Positions 25,201-37,849 of a stretch of 64,000 nucleotides of DNA are shown piece after piece; the stretch's first letter is position 1, and every line of letters begins with the position of its first letter. The stretch is from NCBI GenBank assembly GCA_025201805.1, contig MU619270.1:100172-164171 (forward strand). The letters run 5' to 3'. Source of the stretch: Parasitella parasitica NRRL 2501. Taxonomy: Eukaryota; Fungi; Mucoromycota. Made by a program: the position numbers and the translations under genes. The notes below the pieces were generated by a model. It was not told the origin of the DNA. It saw only the letters and a list, made by a program, of their open reading frames with translations, and did not search any database.

Positions 25201-28200
25201 AATCACGATTCAAATCTACGCTGCCCTGTTACGTGCTCATTCGTCTGAAGCAAGAGTGCTTGTCAAACAAGGATTGGACATTATGGCCCCTGTTCTCCCA
25301 GCTCGTATTGCCTCACAGCCCGACGAACGCATCCCGACTTGGGTCAGACTAACTCGTAGAGTCGTGGTAGAGGATACGCATAGCATTTCTCAAATGGTCA
25401 ACGTCTACCAGCTGCTGATCCGACATGCCGATTTATTCTTTGAATATCGCGAGCATTTCTTGCCTCAGATTGTCAATACTCTGCCTAAACTGGGCCTGTT
25501 GCAGAACGCTACGCCAGAACACAAGATGTTGACAGTTGAACTGGCCGAGCTGATCATTAAATGGGAGCAGAAACGCATCAGTCTTCAAAAGGTGCATGAG
25601 TCCCCAGGATCTCCCTCTAAGCGTAAAATGGACGCTGATGGCGATTCAGAGATGCAAGATCCAGAAGAATCTCAGGAAAGCCCTAGTAAAAAGGCTCAGG
25701 TAGAGATGACGGGTGGCCAGATCAAAGCCATTGCAGCTGCCTCAAGTGACTCCAAGCAAAACGGCGGCAACAAAGAGTATTCACCCAGTCTGACTCTGCG
25801 AGAAAACGTGGTCGGCTATTTGGTGCGACTCTCTTGCAGCTTATTCAACTCTACCGACATGATCCAAAAGAGGCTGGTTCAAAGGACAATCGAGCTTGTA
25901 AAGTCCTTTTTGAAGCCTGATCTCTGGCCAGATGTTCACGTCCGTTTCCAGCACTTGGAGCGTTCCCTGCTGTTCAAGGACATAGCAAACGAAATGGTGG
26001 TTTCCAGCGTTTGCAACGCCTTGGAGATTCTCAATGCTGACATTGTACACCGAGATACAGATTGGTTTGTCGTCAATATGGACCAACTAAGTCGCTTGTT
26101 GGAGCCGAGTATTCGTTCTGAAAATACCCGTATACAGACAGCGCTATATCCTGTGTTGGTTTGTACCATTGCTGCCATCAACAAGCATAGGGCTTCATTG
26201 TCTATACATGCTGACGCTCCAGAAACCCCGAGTGTTGGCAGTTCTCATGACCTTTTCACGCCATCGGCTGCAGGCACACCTGTGAATGCAGCTACGCCTG
26301 TCAATGCAACAGCCACTCCTATGGATACTTCCACCACCAGTCCTGCTCTTCCTGTCGACAGCAGTGTAACAAACGAAGAGCTAGCTACTGCCAGTGCTGC
26401 CACTCCGATGGAAGAAGACACGCCTGTCTCTGCTACCACTCAAGACACCACCAACAACCACCAAGAGGTATCAAATTCTCCTCACGTAGAAACTGAACAG
26501 CAGCAGCAGCAGCAGCAGCAAGAGCAAGAGCAAGAGCAAGAGCCAAAGCAATCTGCTCAAGTAGTTGCATTCATGAAGTTGATAGAAGACACTATCAAAG
26601 GAGGATTAGCCAACACGAGCAACACTTTCGGTGTCCTCAAGCTGTTGCAAGCAGCTAGCAGTAGCCAAGAAGAATACCTGGACGCTTATATACCTGGTAT
26701 TGTCAAGGTGTTGCAGCTGCTGACCAAAGAACACATCTTGCCTTCTTCTTCTACGTCAAACACGCCTCAGGATACATTAGTGAGTCTGCTGATACTGGGC
26801 CTCTCACTCTTGAAGAAGCGCACTGCTCATCTGGGAGACCAACGTCGTTGGTTCCTGACATGTTTGATTCAACTGATTGAGAAATCACCGGATGTGCAGC
26901 TTTTGCGCAATATTCTGGATATGCTCAGTGAATGGGTGTTGGGTAAGGCTGAACCTATCCCTACCATTAAGGAGAAAGCCGGACTGTTGGGCAAGATGAT
27001 GACGATCGAGTCAAGAAACAACACGCAATTGACAGAGGACTTTCTGAGCCTTGTACTCAAAATATACAGCGATTCTGCCTTTGCCCGCTCTGAATTGACC
27101 GTGCGTATGGAACATGCATTTTTGTTGGGCACGCGCAATGACAACCCTGTGATCCGAGCTCAATTTATGAAGATTTTTGATGAGAGCATAGGCCAATCGT
27201 TACCTGCTCGTTTAAACTACATCCTGGGCGTTCAGAATTGGGAGCCTCTGGCCAATTCGTTCTGGCTGCATCAAGCGTTGGACCTGCTGGTGGGATCTGT
27301 CGACATTGATACTCAAGTATCCGCACCGTACACTCTCAAGGTCAAGTCAATTGGCATCATTGCTAATGCCTTTGAACAGGACACAAACATGAAGGTGGAT
27401 GTGCCTGAGAGCATAGCCAATATTGTCAAAGAACACCGCGCTTTTTTAAAGAACCTGCAAGGCATTCGAGTCAGCGATACTTTGGATGATATTCGTCAGC
27501 TGCAGTATCTGGACGATGACACGGCTTTCAGACTCTGGGTTGATCTGTTCCCCATGTGCTGGACCGCATTGACAGGCGTTGAAAGGCACGACATTTCCAA
27601 GGTGTTGACTATGTTGCTATCCAAGGATTATCATGCCAAGCAAGCTGAGCGCAGACCCAATGTTGTCCAAGCACTCCTCACTGGTATCTCAGATACGACG
27701 CCTACCATCCCCATCCCGTCTCATTTGATCAAATACCTGGGCAAGACTCACAACTGCTGGCACACTGCCATTGAGATGCTACAAAAGCAGGCCATCACAG
27801 GCCGTTTGATAGACGTTCCTAAAGACGAGCAACTGGATCAGCAACGTACGCTGGATTCGCTTGCAGAAATGTACTCCAATTTGAAGGAAGAGGACATGTT
27901 CTACGGTTTATGGTGTCGTCGATGCGTGTATTCCGAAACCAACATGACAGTGTCTTGCGAGCAGTGCGGCATGTGGCAGCAGGCTCAACACATGTACGAA
28001 AACATCCAGATTAAAGCTCGCGGTGGTATTCTGCCCAACACAGAGTCTGAGAGTATGTTATGGGAAGACCACTGGATTATGTGCACTCAGAAGCTACAGC
28101 AATGGGATATTCTGTCCGACCTTGCGAAGCATGATAACAACACCAATTTGCTGCTGGAATGTGCATGGCGATTGTCTGACTGGACTGCAGAGCGAGAAGC

Positions 28201-31200
28201 ACTGGAGCAGTCGCTCCATCAGCTGTCTGACTTTTCTGTTCCTCGGCAAAAGATCTTTGAGGGCTTCCTGACACTGATCAAATCTCAAACCAGCCAAGAC
28301 AAGCTGCCTGAATTCACGCGTATTTGCGAAGAAGGTGTTCAGCTGTCGCTTCGCAAATGGTACTCGCTGCCGCCTGTAGTGACACACAGCCATATGCCGT
28401 TGCTTCAGATCTTTCAGCAATATCTAGAGCTTTCCGAGGCGAGCCAGATTTTCAAGAGCCTATCAAGCACAACTGCTCAAAATTTGGATCAAAGATCAGC
28501 TGAGCTTCGCAGTATTTTGGGGACCTGGCGCGAGCGTCTGCCCAACATGTGGGACGATATTAATGTATGGAGTGACCTTGTTGCTTGGCGCCAGCACATC
28601 TTTAGCGCCATCAACCGCACTTACTTGCCACTGATTCCGTCGTTACAGCCTGCTGCTGGTCAAAACAACTCTGGCAATGGTCACTCGTACGCCTATCGTG
28701 GCTACCACGAAACTGCGTGGATCATCAACCGGTTTGCTCATGTTGCTCGCAAGCACCAGCTGTACGACGTCTGCATCAACTATCTGACCAAGATTTACAC
28801 GCTTCCCAACATTGAAATCCAAGAAGCCTTCTTGAAGCTTCGCGAACAGGCTAAATGCTACTACCAAAACCCAAATGAGCTGACTGCTGGTCTGGATGTG
28901 ATCAACAACACCAACTTGATGTACTTTACGCATCAGCAAAAGGCCGAGTTCTTTACGCTAAAGGGCATGTTCTTGGCCAAACTGCATCACAACAACGAAG
29001 CCAATGAAGCCTATGTCAATGCCGTCCAGATAGACATGACGTTGCCTCGTGCCTGGGCTGAATGGGGCCGCTACAACGATCGCCGATTCAAGGAAAACCC
29101 CAAGGACCTGTCCTGGGCTAACAGCGCTGTCAGTTGCTACCTGCAGGCGTCTGGTTTGTACAAAAATGCCAAGTCGCGAAAGCACTTGCTGCGTATTCTG
29201 TGGCTATTGAGTCTCGATGACCAGAATGGCACAATCTCGCGCGCTGTGGAAGGCTATAAAGGTGAATGGCCTGTGTGGTACTGGATCACGTTTATTCCTC
29301 AACTGTTGACAGCCTTGCAGCACCGTGAAGGTAGACATGCTCGTGCCATCCTGATTCGCATTGCCAAGCAGTTCCCTCAGGCTTTGCATTTCCAGCTGAG
29401 AACGGCAAAGGAAGACATGTTAAAACGTGCTAGTGTGTTGCAGGCTAGTATGGCAGCTGAAGCAGCTCAGCAACAGCAACAGCAGAGGCAGCAACAGCAA
29501 CCCGATAGTACAACTCCTACTACTGTTACAAGCGCCACAACAGCTGAAAGAGCCACCGGTACGCCAGTTGCTGCTGGTGACACTGGATCAACTGAACCAA
29601 AATCAACAGTTGCTAAAGAGGACCTTATGGAAGTGGACCAAAAAGAAGAAAAGACTGACGAAGATGCATTGAGCGATGCTGAAATTAACCAGAGCGAGGT
29701 AAAAAACGAGCCTTCCGAAGGCAATGAAGACGACAAAAAGGACGGCAACGTTGTAGAGGTCAAGATGGAAGAAGCAACACCACAGCAAGCTCAAAATGGC
29801 ACTTCTGCTGCTACATCTCAAGCATCGCCTACCGCCAGCAATGCTAGTGAAAGAACCCCATCTGCTACGCCCAAACAACAACCTCAGCTAACGCTAGGAC
29901 ATCCTTCAAATTCTCCTGGTTTAGCAACGTCAGCAACAACAGCAGCGGCAGCAGCAGCGGCAGCAGCAGTGGCAGCGGCAGCAGCAACGACAGCGCCTGC
30001 TGCATCTGGTAATAATCCAAATAGAGGACCGTTGCCTGCGCAAATCAACACGTCTGCTACAGCAGCCAACCCCTTGGACGAAATCATGTCTATGCTCAAA
30101 ACTGGATACCCTCTTTTAGCATTATCAATGGAAACGATGGTCGATCAGATACAGCTAAAATTCAAACCTCAAGCTGACGAAGACATGTATCGCCTAGTGG
30201 TTGCATTGTACAACGAAGGAGCTCAACAGTTGCTGACTCGACTCACGAATCCCAACGACACCTTTCAGCTGACCCACGCCACTGTCACCAACATCCACCG
30301 ATTTGCAGACAGCCTTTATCCTGGGCACATGAAGACTGCATTTGTCAATGATTTTGCAAAGACAAAGCTAAATTTGGAAGAGTATGTAGCCAAGCTGAGG
30401 CTGTGGCGTGATAAGTTTGAGGCTATGCTGGATGCTCGTCCTCGCAAGCAAAAGCTGGAAGCCTGCAGTCATTATCTGGTTGAATTTCAGCATCAAAAGT
30501 TTGACGACGTCGAGATCCCTGGCCAATATCTCATGCTCAAGGATAATGCCAACGACTTTTTGCGCATTGATCGCTTCTTGCCCGAGGTCGAAATAATTCG
30601 TAGCTATGGCAACTGTTATCGCCGTTTGACTATTCGAGGCCATGACGGCACAATTCATCCCTTCTTGATCCAGAACCCTGTTGCTCGTCAATTCCGTCGT
30701 GAAGAGAGGCTAATGCAATTGTTCCGTATGTTGAACTATATTCTTGAGCGTAAAAAAGAGAGCCGTATGCGCAATCTGGTGTTCCACCTGCCTGCTATTG
30801 TGCCGCTTGCTCCCAATGTTAGAATGGTTCAAGATGATCCCTCCTACACGTCGCTGTACGATATTTATGAGGATCATTGTGATAGTGTGCACATGCATAA
30901 GGATGACCCCTTGGTTTGCTTTGTGGAGAAATTCAAGAATAACGTGCATGCTCAGAAGGATGTAAGTGGATTGCAGATTGATAAATGTTTATGTTTGTAA
31001 CTTATGGCCGTCTGTCAGGTTGTGAATCAAAAGACGGAGCTGCTGAATTTGCGCATGGAAATCAATGATTACATCTCAACCAATATGGTGCCATCCAACA
31101 TTCTTAGTAAGGTAAGTAGAAATGTACAAATCTCGGTTTTGATAAGGCTGTAATTGACATGCATACTCTTGCAGTATTTGTTCAAAACCATGAGCTCGTA

Positions 31201-31863
31201 CACAGACTATTGGATGCTCCGTAAACGCTTTACTGCACAGTATGCAACCGCCACCTTTATGGCATACATTTTTAGCGTTGGTCACCGCATGCCTCACAAA
31301 ATTATGATTTCTCGTAGCACGGGCAACGTCTGGATGACTGAACTACTGCCAGGTAAAAAAGCATATATCAGGAGATCCGAGATTTTATACAAAAGACTAA
31401 TACTCGTTCAATAATGATTCAATTTGTAGGCTGGAATTCTGCGAATCCACTATTTGGCAACGGTGAAGCTATTCCATTCCGTTTCACACCCAACATTCAA
31501 GAGTTCATGACACCTATCGGAATTGAAGGGTTGTTCACCAGTTGCTTGATGGCAACGGCTCGTTGTTTAACAGAACCTGAATTCGAACTGGATCAATATC
31601 TGTGCTTGTTTGTGCGAGATGAACTCGCAACATGGCATTTAGCAAACCACCGCTCCGTTACTGATGTCCAATTCCGTGAAAGAATCAACACCAACGTACT
31701 TCAGGTACAAACAAAAGCCCAATTCTTGTCCTGTAAAGCAGATAAAGAAAAGACTTTGAATGCTGGCAAACCACTGAATCAGAATGTGATTGATCTCATT
31801 TCCCAAGCTAGCAACCCGCAGAAAATGGCTCAAATGGAATGCACTTGGATGCCTTGGCTATAA
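19239..31863 (+). CDS. TRA1: Transcription-associated PIKK pseudokinase Tra1/TRRAP (SAGA/NuA4 subunit), 8 exons
   Basis: Introns at 19288-19340, 19499-19563, 19843-19901, 20097-20167, 30962-31018, 31112-31174 and 31353-31429. HEAT region (SFKVLTECPIIVV, RKELLVATRH, LRPLAYSMLADL), FAT region (AYRGYHETAW), a PI3K-like domain lacking the catalytic DxxxxN/DFG, and a FATC end (WMPWL). Confidence 0.97.
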
Positions 31864-32085
31864 GTTATATATATACATATACAAACGAGTACGAATAAAA
31901 AGCTTGAAAATTATAAATGTTTTAACAAGAAATTTTTATTTCTTATGCATGTTGTGAAAGGTAGAGAGAGAGAGAGAGAGGGAAAGGTGAAAAGTGCGCA
32001 GAAATGAGAAAGGGTACATGATGGAAAATTAAACTGATGAGAAAGCTCTTAACATTCGACAATGCTAATTGGCGTCAAATACAAT

Positions 32086-32410
32086 CTAGTTGATTTCAGC
32101 CTTTTGGTAAACAGTGTTGTGGTTGACGGTTTCGCTCAACAATCCAGAACCGAGAAGACCAGTGAGCTATTTTGCGCGTAGATCGATCAATTAGTATATG
32201 GATACATGTCAAAATATGTCAGAAACTTACAAGGCCCTTGTTTTGGGTGCTGCCAACATCGCCAACAGTTTGAACGATCTTCTTGTTACCAGAAAAGCTG
32301 TTGTCTTCGTGGTTGCTGTTGTCTTCATGGTTATGGCTTTCATCTTTGCAGGGAGCTGCAGAGACCAAGGCAGCAACAGAGAGAATGGCGAGGACAGAGA
32401 AGAACTTCAT
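32086..32410 (-). CDS. Small secreted protein, 86 aa, 2 exons, unknown function
   Basis: Exons 32410-32231 and 32166-32086 (GTAAGT..ATAG intron) give MKFFSVLAILSVAALVSAAPCKDESHNHEDNSNHEDNSFSGNKKIVQTVGDVGSTQNKGLLTGLLGSGLLSETVNHNTVYQKAEIN. Clear signal peptide and a TATAAATA about 65 bp upstream. Confidence 0.8.
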
Positions 32411-32802
32411 TTTGTGTGTATTATTAGATTTGTAGATTGATGTTTTTTATTCTGATGTCTGGAAATTTGTCGACTATTTATACTGTTTCTGTTTTGTCAA
32501 CTTTATCTCCTTGCGAGAGCAGCATAACATTAATTCATTATCCACGACGAAAAAAGGAGAGAGGAATCACAGTATATACTTGAAATCATAATTAGAAAAA
32601 AAAAACTCCCTTTTGTGCAGATAAATTCCAATGGCACATTAATTGAAAATCACAGCAGCCATTACTGCCGCACAGCACGTGTAATATGAATTAAATGAGA
32701 GAGGAGGAGGGGGGTTGCAAGCGTAACACACAAACGCACACCCCAAGACACAGGGGACAATTATATTAATAGTTTTCTACTGTATGCACATAATCTTCCG
32801 TA

Positions 32803-34260
32803 ATGTCTAGACTTCTTTGGCCTATCGCTGGAAAACAGTTTTCTCCTTATATTCATGGACACTTTGTAAAACCTTCGTCTCAACATATACGAAAACTCAT
32901 AAATCCTAGCGATAAATCACACCTCGCAGACGTTCACGAAGCCTCGCCGTCGCAAGTAGAAGAAGCCATCATCAGTGCGAAAGGTGTTTCTGTCAATTCA
33001 GAATGGCAAACAAACCCGAGATATCGCCGCGACTGTCTACTAGCGCTTGCACAAAGGCTAGAGCAGCACGAGCATGATATGGCAGGTATTGAATCCTTGC
33101 AGACAGGAAAACCATTGGAGGATGCTCTCTATGAAATCAGTGATGTCGTTGACTGTCTACGTTATTATGCTGGATACTGTGATAAGCTCTATGGTCAATC
33201 GCAATCATTGCACAAAATGCACACATACACATCTCGAGAGCCTCTTGGCACAGTGTCGTTGATAACCTCCTTTAACTATCCGCTATTATTAGTTGGATGG
33301 AAGCTGGGGCCAGCCCTCGCCGCTGGCAATGCTGCCATTGTAAAGCCTGCACCACAAACACCGCTCTCGTCTCTTGCATTAGCTGATTTGGCGACAGATA
33401 TTCTTCCTCCAGGCGTGTTGAATGTGTTGCCAGGGGGTGTTCAAGTAAGCCAGTTAATGATTGATAGAACAGACAAGACAAGCTTTACAGGATCAACCAA
33501 GGTGGGACAAGAAATTATGCGTCGTGCAGCCGATCGTTTATTGCCATTGACACTGGAATGTGGCGGTAAAAATGCAGTGATTGTTTGCGACGATGCGGAC
33601 CTCGACAAAGCCGTTGACGCTGTAGCTATGGGTGCGTTCTCGAACGCGGGACAGAACTGCTGCGCTATATCTCGAGTGTTTGTCCACAGGTCAGTCTACG
33701 ATATCTTCCTTGACAAACTAGCCACCACTGTTCAAAACTCCTGGAAAGCAACACTGGACGCACAAGGAGAAAACGAATATAATCTATATGGACCCCTAAT
33801 TGACCATAATCAATATAATCGTGTGCTGGCCAGCATTCAAAATAGTAATCAAACACCCTTTCTCACTGGAAACATCAGCGCATCGACTTCTTCTCGAGGC
33901 TATTTTGTCCCACCCACCGTCTTTTGCAACGTCGACGATTGTGCTCCGTTGGCCATGGAGGAGATATTTGGCCCGGTTCTTAGTGTAATGGAACCGTTCG
34001 ACCATTTGGATGATGCTGTGCGTCGTGTGAATCAGTCTGTATATGGTCTTGCTTCAGGTGTCTTTTCGCAGAACATCAAGACAGCGCACAAGGCTGCTAA
34101 CCTGATCAAAGCCGGCTTTGTGTGGTGCAATACTTACAATGTGATGCCTCCTTCGCTACCATTTGGCGGCAGAAGATTGTCAGGTATAGGCAAAGATTTA
34201 GGTAAATCTGCATTAGACCAGTTTTCGTTTGAAAAGAGCGTTATAGTCGATATTTCGTAA
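32803..34260 (+). CDS. NAD(P)+-dependent aldehyde dehydrogenase (intronless, 485 aa)
   Basis: Motifs FNYP, PALAAGN..IVKP, SFTGSTKVG, LECGGKNA (catalytic E), GQNCCA (catalytic C), EEIFGPV and PFGG. Substrate cannot be assigned by eye. Confidence 0.95.
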   Translation: MSRLLWPIAGKQFSPYIHGHFVKPSSQHIRKLINPSDKSHLADVHEASPSQVEEAIISAKGVSVNSEWQTNPRYRRDCLLALAQRLEQHEHDMAGIESLQTGKPLEDALYEISDVVDCLRYYAGYCDKLYGQSQSLHKMHTYTSREPLGTVSLITSFNYPLLLVGWKLGPALAAGNAAIVKPAPQTPLSSLALADLATDILPPGVLNVLPGGVQVSQLMIDRTDKTSFTGSTKVGQEIMRRAADRLLPLTLECGGKNAVIVCDDADLDKAVDAVAMGAFSNAGQNCCAISRVFVHRSVYDIFLDKLATTVQNSWKATLDAQGENEYNLYGPLIDHNQYNRVLASIQNSNQTPFLTGNISASTSSRGYFVPPTVFCNVDDCAPLAMEEIFGPVLSVMEPFDHLDDAVRRVNQSVYGLASGVFSQNIKTAHKAANLIKAGFVWCNTYNVMPPSLPFGGRRLSGIGKDLGKSALDQFSFEKSVIVDIS

Positions 34261-34290
34261 TAAAAACACTCGTTTTTTTATTTCCTATTC

Positions 34291-35643
34291 ATGTCAAAAA
34301 TGAACAGCGGTATAAAGGACGCTATCACTCTACAATTGAAAGCATTGATAAAGAGCTGCGAGACATTAGCCTCAAGGTATATAAAAAGAATGATATATGA
34401 TCGCATCTCCATTGAACCGTACTGGCAAAGCCAAGATCCACCAAGACCCGGAATTAGGCGATGAGGAATTCAATGCCTGTCAATTGCTGTGCAAGTACCT
34501 TCAGGACAAGAGCTTCCTATTAACCTGTGAGGCTGCTGGCCTCAAGACGTCCTTCCTCCCCAAGTTTTCTAATAAATCAGACAGACGCGTAGGAATTGCA
34601 AGTAAATACAATGCATTGCTAGGGTAAATACAAGCGACAAAGATTGCAATCCAAGGTCTTGCTTGTGCTATTAGCATGGATGAAGACTTGGTTCTGGGAA
34701 CAATAGTTTTATTTGGCACTCCTGCAGAGGAGATGATTAATGTGAAAATTAATATGGTCAAAGTAGGTCTAATTAAGGATAATGTGGATTGCGCACTAAT
34801 GCTGGTAAGCAAAGCCTCTCTCTTTTTCTTTTCCTTTTTTTTTTCTAGCTGATGCAGATGTATAGCTATATATACTCTAGCATCCTATGGCTCAGGATGT
34901 GATGTATAGGGGAATGTTAGCCATGGATAATGTAGAAATCGAATATTTTCATAAGCCTGCCCACGCTAGTATGGCTTCATGGAAAGGTGTCTATGCACTG
35001 GATGCAATAGTACAAGCTACTTACTAGTCTGGGTTTATTGAGACAACAAATGCTGCCTATTAGCAGTTATGTATTTGGTATACACAAAAAGATAGAGACA
35101 AATTAACAACAGCCTCTACAGAGGCGGTAAAGCTCCCAACATCATTCCCTTTTATGTCTCTGCGTCTTATCGTGTTCGTTCTCGAGACAAAATCCAATTG
35201 GGAAACTTGAAATTTCAAGTCAAGCATTACGTTAATGCGGCAGGCTAAGCAGCTGGCTGTCAAGTCAAGCTGAAATGGCGTGAGATTGGGTCCATTGACG
35301 ATTTCTTTATGAACAATGCCATGCCAGTCAATATTCTAGGGCTACGTGGAGCACGAGCGTATCACATACAAGGTCTGATCTGAGGAAGAGCAACTTATCG
35401 TGGCCAGCACTGACTTCGGTAATATGAGCTACATTGTTCCTGCCATTCACCCGATGTAAGCAATCCATACAGATGCTGGCAATTACACACAAGACTTTGC
35501 GGACGCATTAAAAACTGAAGCTGCCCATCAGGATACGCTTTGTGCAGCCAAATGTCTGGCAATGACAGCAGCGGAGGTCTGGGTAAACGATGACATTTTA
35601 CACGCAGGTTGTGAGTGATTTCGAAAAAGGTAAATCTCAGTGA
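34291..35643 (+). pseudogene. Decayed peptidase M20 family amidohydrolase (PM20D2/Acy1L2-like)
   Basis: Recognisable fragments IHQDPELGDEEF, LFGTPAEE, KPAHASM..W..ALDAIV, GGKAPNIIP, ASTDFGNMSYIVPAIHPM* and AKCLAMTA. These are broken by stops (e.g. TAA at 35457) and frameshifts, and the HACGH metal-binding motif is deleted. Confidence 0.82.
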
Positions 35644-36219
35644 GTTGTCGTAATAAATGATATTCTTGGCTCTTCATATGCCCTATGATATGTATATGTT
35701 ATTGTCAGCTTTCTTCATCTTGAGCGTGGTACATGTACATAGGTAACATTCACTTGTCACCTAAACTAATGGTTGCACAATGAATGATTGTGTCTTTGAC
35801 TACAAGAGAAAAAAGGTCTTTCCGCCCAATTCTCCTGAATGAATCGATCATTTGCGCATATTAGTTGCAATAGGGAGGTAGAGAAAAACCATACATTACT
35901 GTTAAATGAGATTATACCGTATTACATGAGCGTTATACGATTTTTTGTGACAACATGTCGGAATAGCATTTGTTGAAGGTGTTTTCAAGCAATTTTTGCT
36001 CATGAGACATGTTTGCACACTGTTATGGGTGTTATTTCTTTTGCAGTAGTGCCCAACTATTTTTGTCCACAGATGTGAATAAAATCTGTATTTATAACCG
36101 TAAATTGAGAGTGTCTCCTTTAATACGAACAGTTTCCTCTCACATTTCATATATTTATTTTCAGATCGAACTTAGCCTCTCAAATTACACTCTATATGAA
36201 GTTGTATAATGAATGTATT

Positions 36220-36710
36220 TTACCACAGAACTGCAAATTAAGAACTTCAAGTTTTTTAAACCTTTCATTGTCAAGTTTAGCAACCTTGCCGATCTGGTCC
36301 AAGATGCACTTTCCTTCTATTATTACTTTGGCAGCATCAGACGCACATTTCTTTTCGACGTCTCCGTTCTTTGCAAACTCAACATTGCAAACGTCAAAAA
36401 CTTTCGTGCTTGAGACACACTCTCAAGTCTATCTTAAATGCGCCTCTCTTTCCTTCGTTAAATAATTCTGAAGCTTTTATGGCTTCTTTACTCTCGCTGT
36501 TTTCTGTTTCATCACTAGACCAACTTTTCTTATAAGACATTAATGGAGAACTTAATTAAAACACTTACTATTTGAGCAAAAGTGGAGAGCCTTCAAATAA
36601 GGTGCTAAAAATAGGCTCATAGAATCTGGAGATTATATCCTGTTCACTCATATCCTTCCAGCAACTGACTACTTCTGATCTATAAGTAAATTCCTCAAGC
36701 CTGAAGATAT
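36220..36710 (-). pseudogene. Relic of a restriction-endonuclease-fold (PD-(D/E)xK-like) gene family
   Basis: Manual translation gives MSEQDIISRFYEPIFSTLFEG, then FKIDLRV, then DVCNVEFAK..KCASDAAKVIIEGKCILD..LQFC, with intron signals, stops and frameshifts. The fold call is inferred from D..ExK spacing. Confidence 0.5.
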
Positions 36711-37849
36711 AAAGGTTACAAGGTAAGGATCATAAAGCATGACAACTGGTTGTAAGACTAAAACTTACCATCGAGAATAGATACGAATTACTCTATTTGT
36801 TATGCCTTTTTTGCACAAAGGAATTAATTTCAAGTTGTCAAAGTATCTTCCCTGTAGAACCAGCTTCAACTGTAGACACGCTTTAGAACAGATTTACATG
36901 TTGTTTTGTTTTTACTAACCTTCATCACACTTTAAACAGATTTTTTTGCTGTTGCTTTTTTTAACAGCTCGAACGGCTCATCTTTACATTCGGTGTCTTT
37001 TGAAAGATGGACAATAGAGTTGTAGGCTAAACTACAAATTGAGTTTGTGTTGGTTTTATTGAGATTAAAGAGTTGTCCTTCTGTCATCACAAGAGACACT
37101 TACTAACAAATAGTTTTGTTCCCACCTCCAAGAGAAGAATAAGAGTTAATCATGGATCTTGATTTAAAACTAATCTATCAAATTAACAACTCTATGAGTA
37201 TCACTTTCCTTATAACTTATTTGTAAGCTTGTACTACAGTTTGAGAGTCCCTATCTCTTTACCCTCTTCTTGGATCCCCTTATTTTCTGTCGTCGGATAG
37301 ATGTTTGAAAAGGACGAGATTGTGAAGGATTTGTCTTCATCGTTAAATCATAGACCATAAGACACATATTCAAATATTTTTTTTTTCTAAAATTTCTTTG
37401 ATTCCTTGATTTTTTCGTAACGTTTTATCACGTTTAAATCCACTGACGTTTTTGCCTGCGAAAGAAACTAAGATAATTATTTCTAATGCTTTCAATTTGA
37501 TCAAGTTCACTTTGGATTGCTGAATTTATAGGTTCTACCTCTGCTGCGTCAACTCCAGATCTGATGTTGAATTTTTCTACATCAAGCTTACTATGGTGTA
37601 AAGCATTAATTCATGATAATGCCATGTCAATAGCAGCGGAATTGCTTAAGACGCGTGTGGCCTCTTCTTCTGAACTACTTTTTATGTTAATGTCTACTTA
37701 AGTTTTAGACTGGAAGTATTTTGTAAAATGCAACTTCTAAAACTAATTACCGTCGTTCTCTTCTTCAGAAATGTGTAAAGTATGTTGCTCAAGTTCCAGT
37801 CCACTGCTAATGTCCACTTCAATCTTCAAAGGCATAGAGATGTATCTCT

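Noticed and set aside
20298-30965. Many short antisense and alternate-frame ORFs inside TRA1
   Set aside because: Expected shadows of a long, relatively GC-rich coding exon.
31200-31500. Missing kinase catalytic residues in the PIKK domain
   Set aside because: An established property of Tra1/TRRAP, so not novel.
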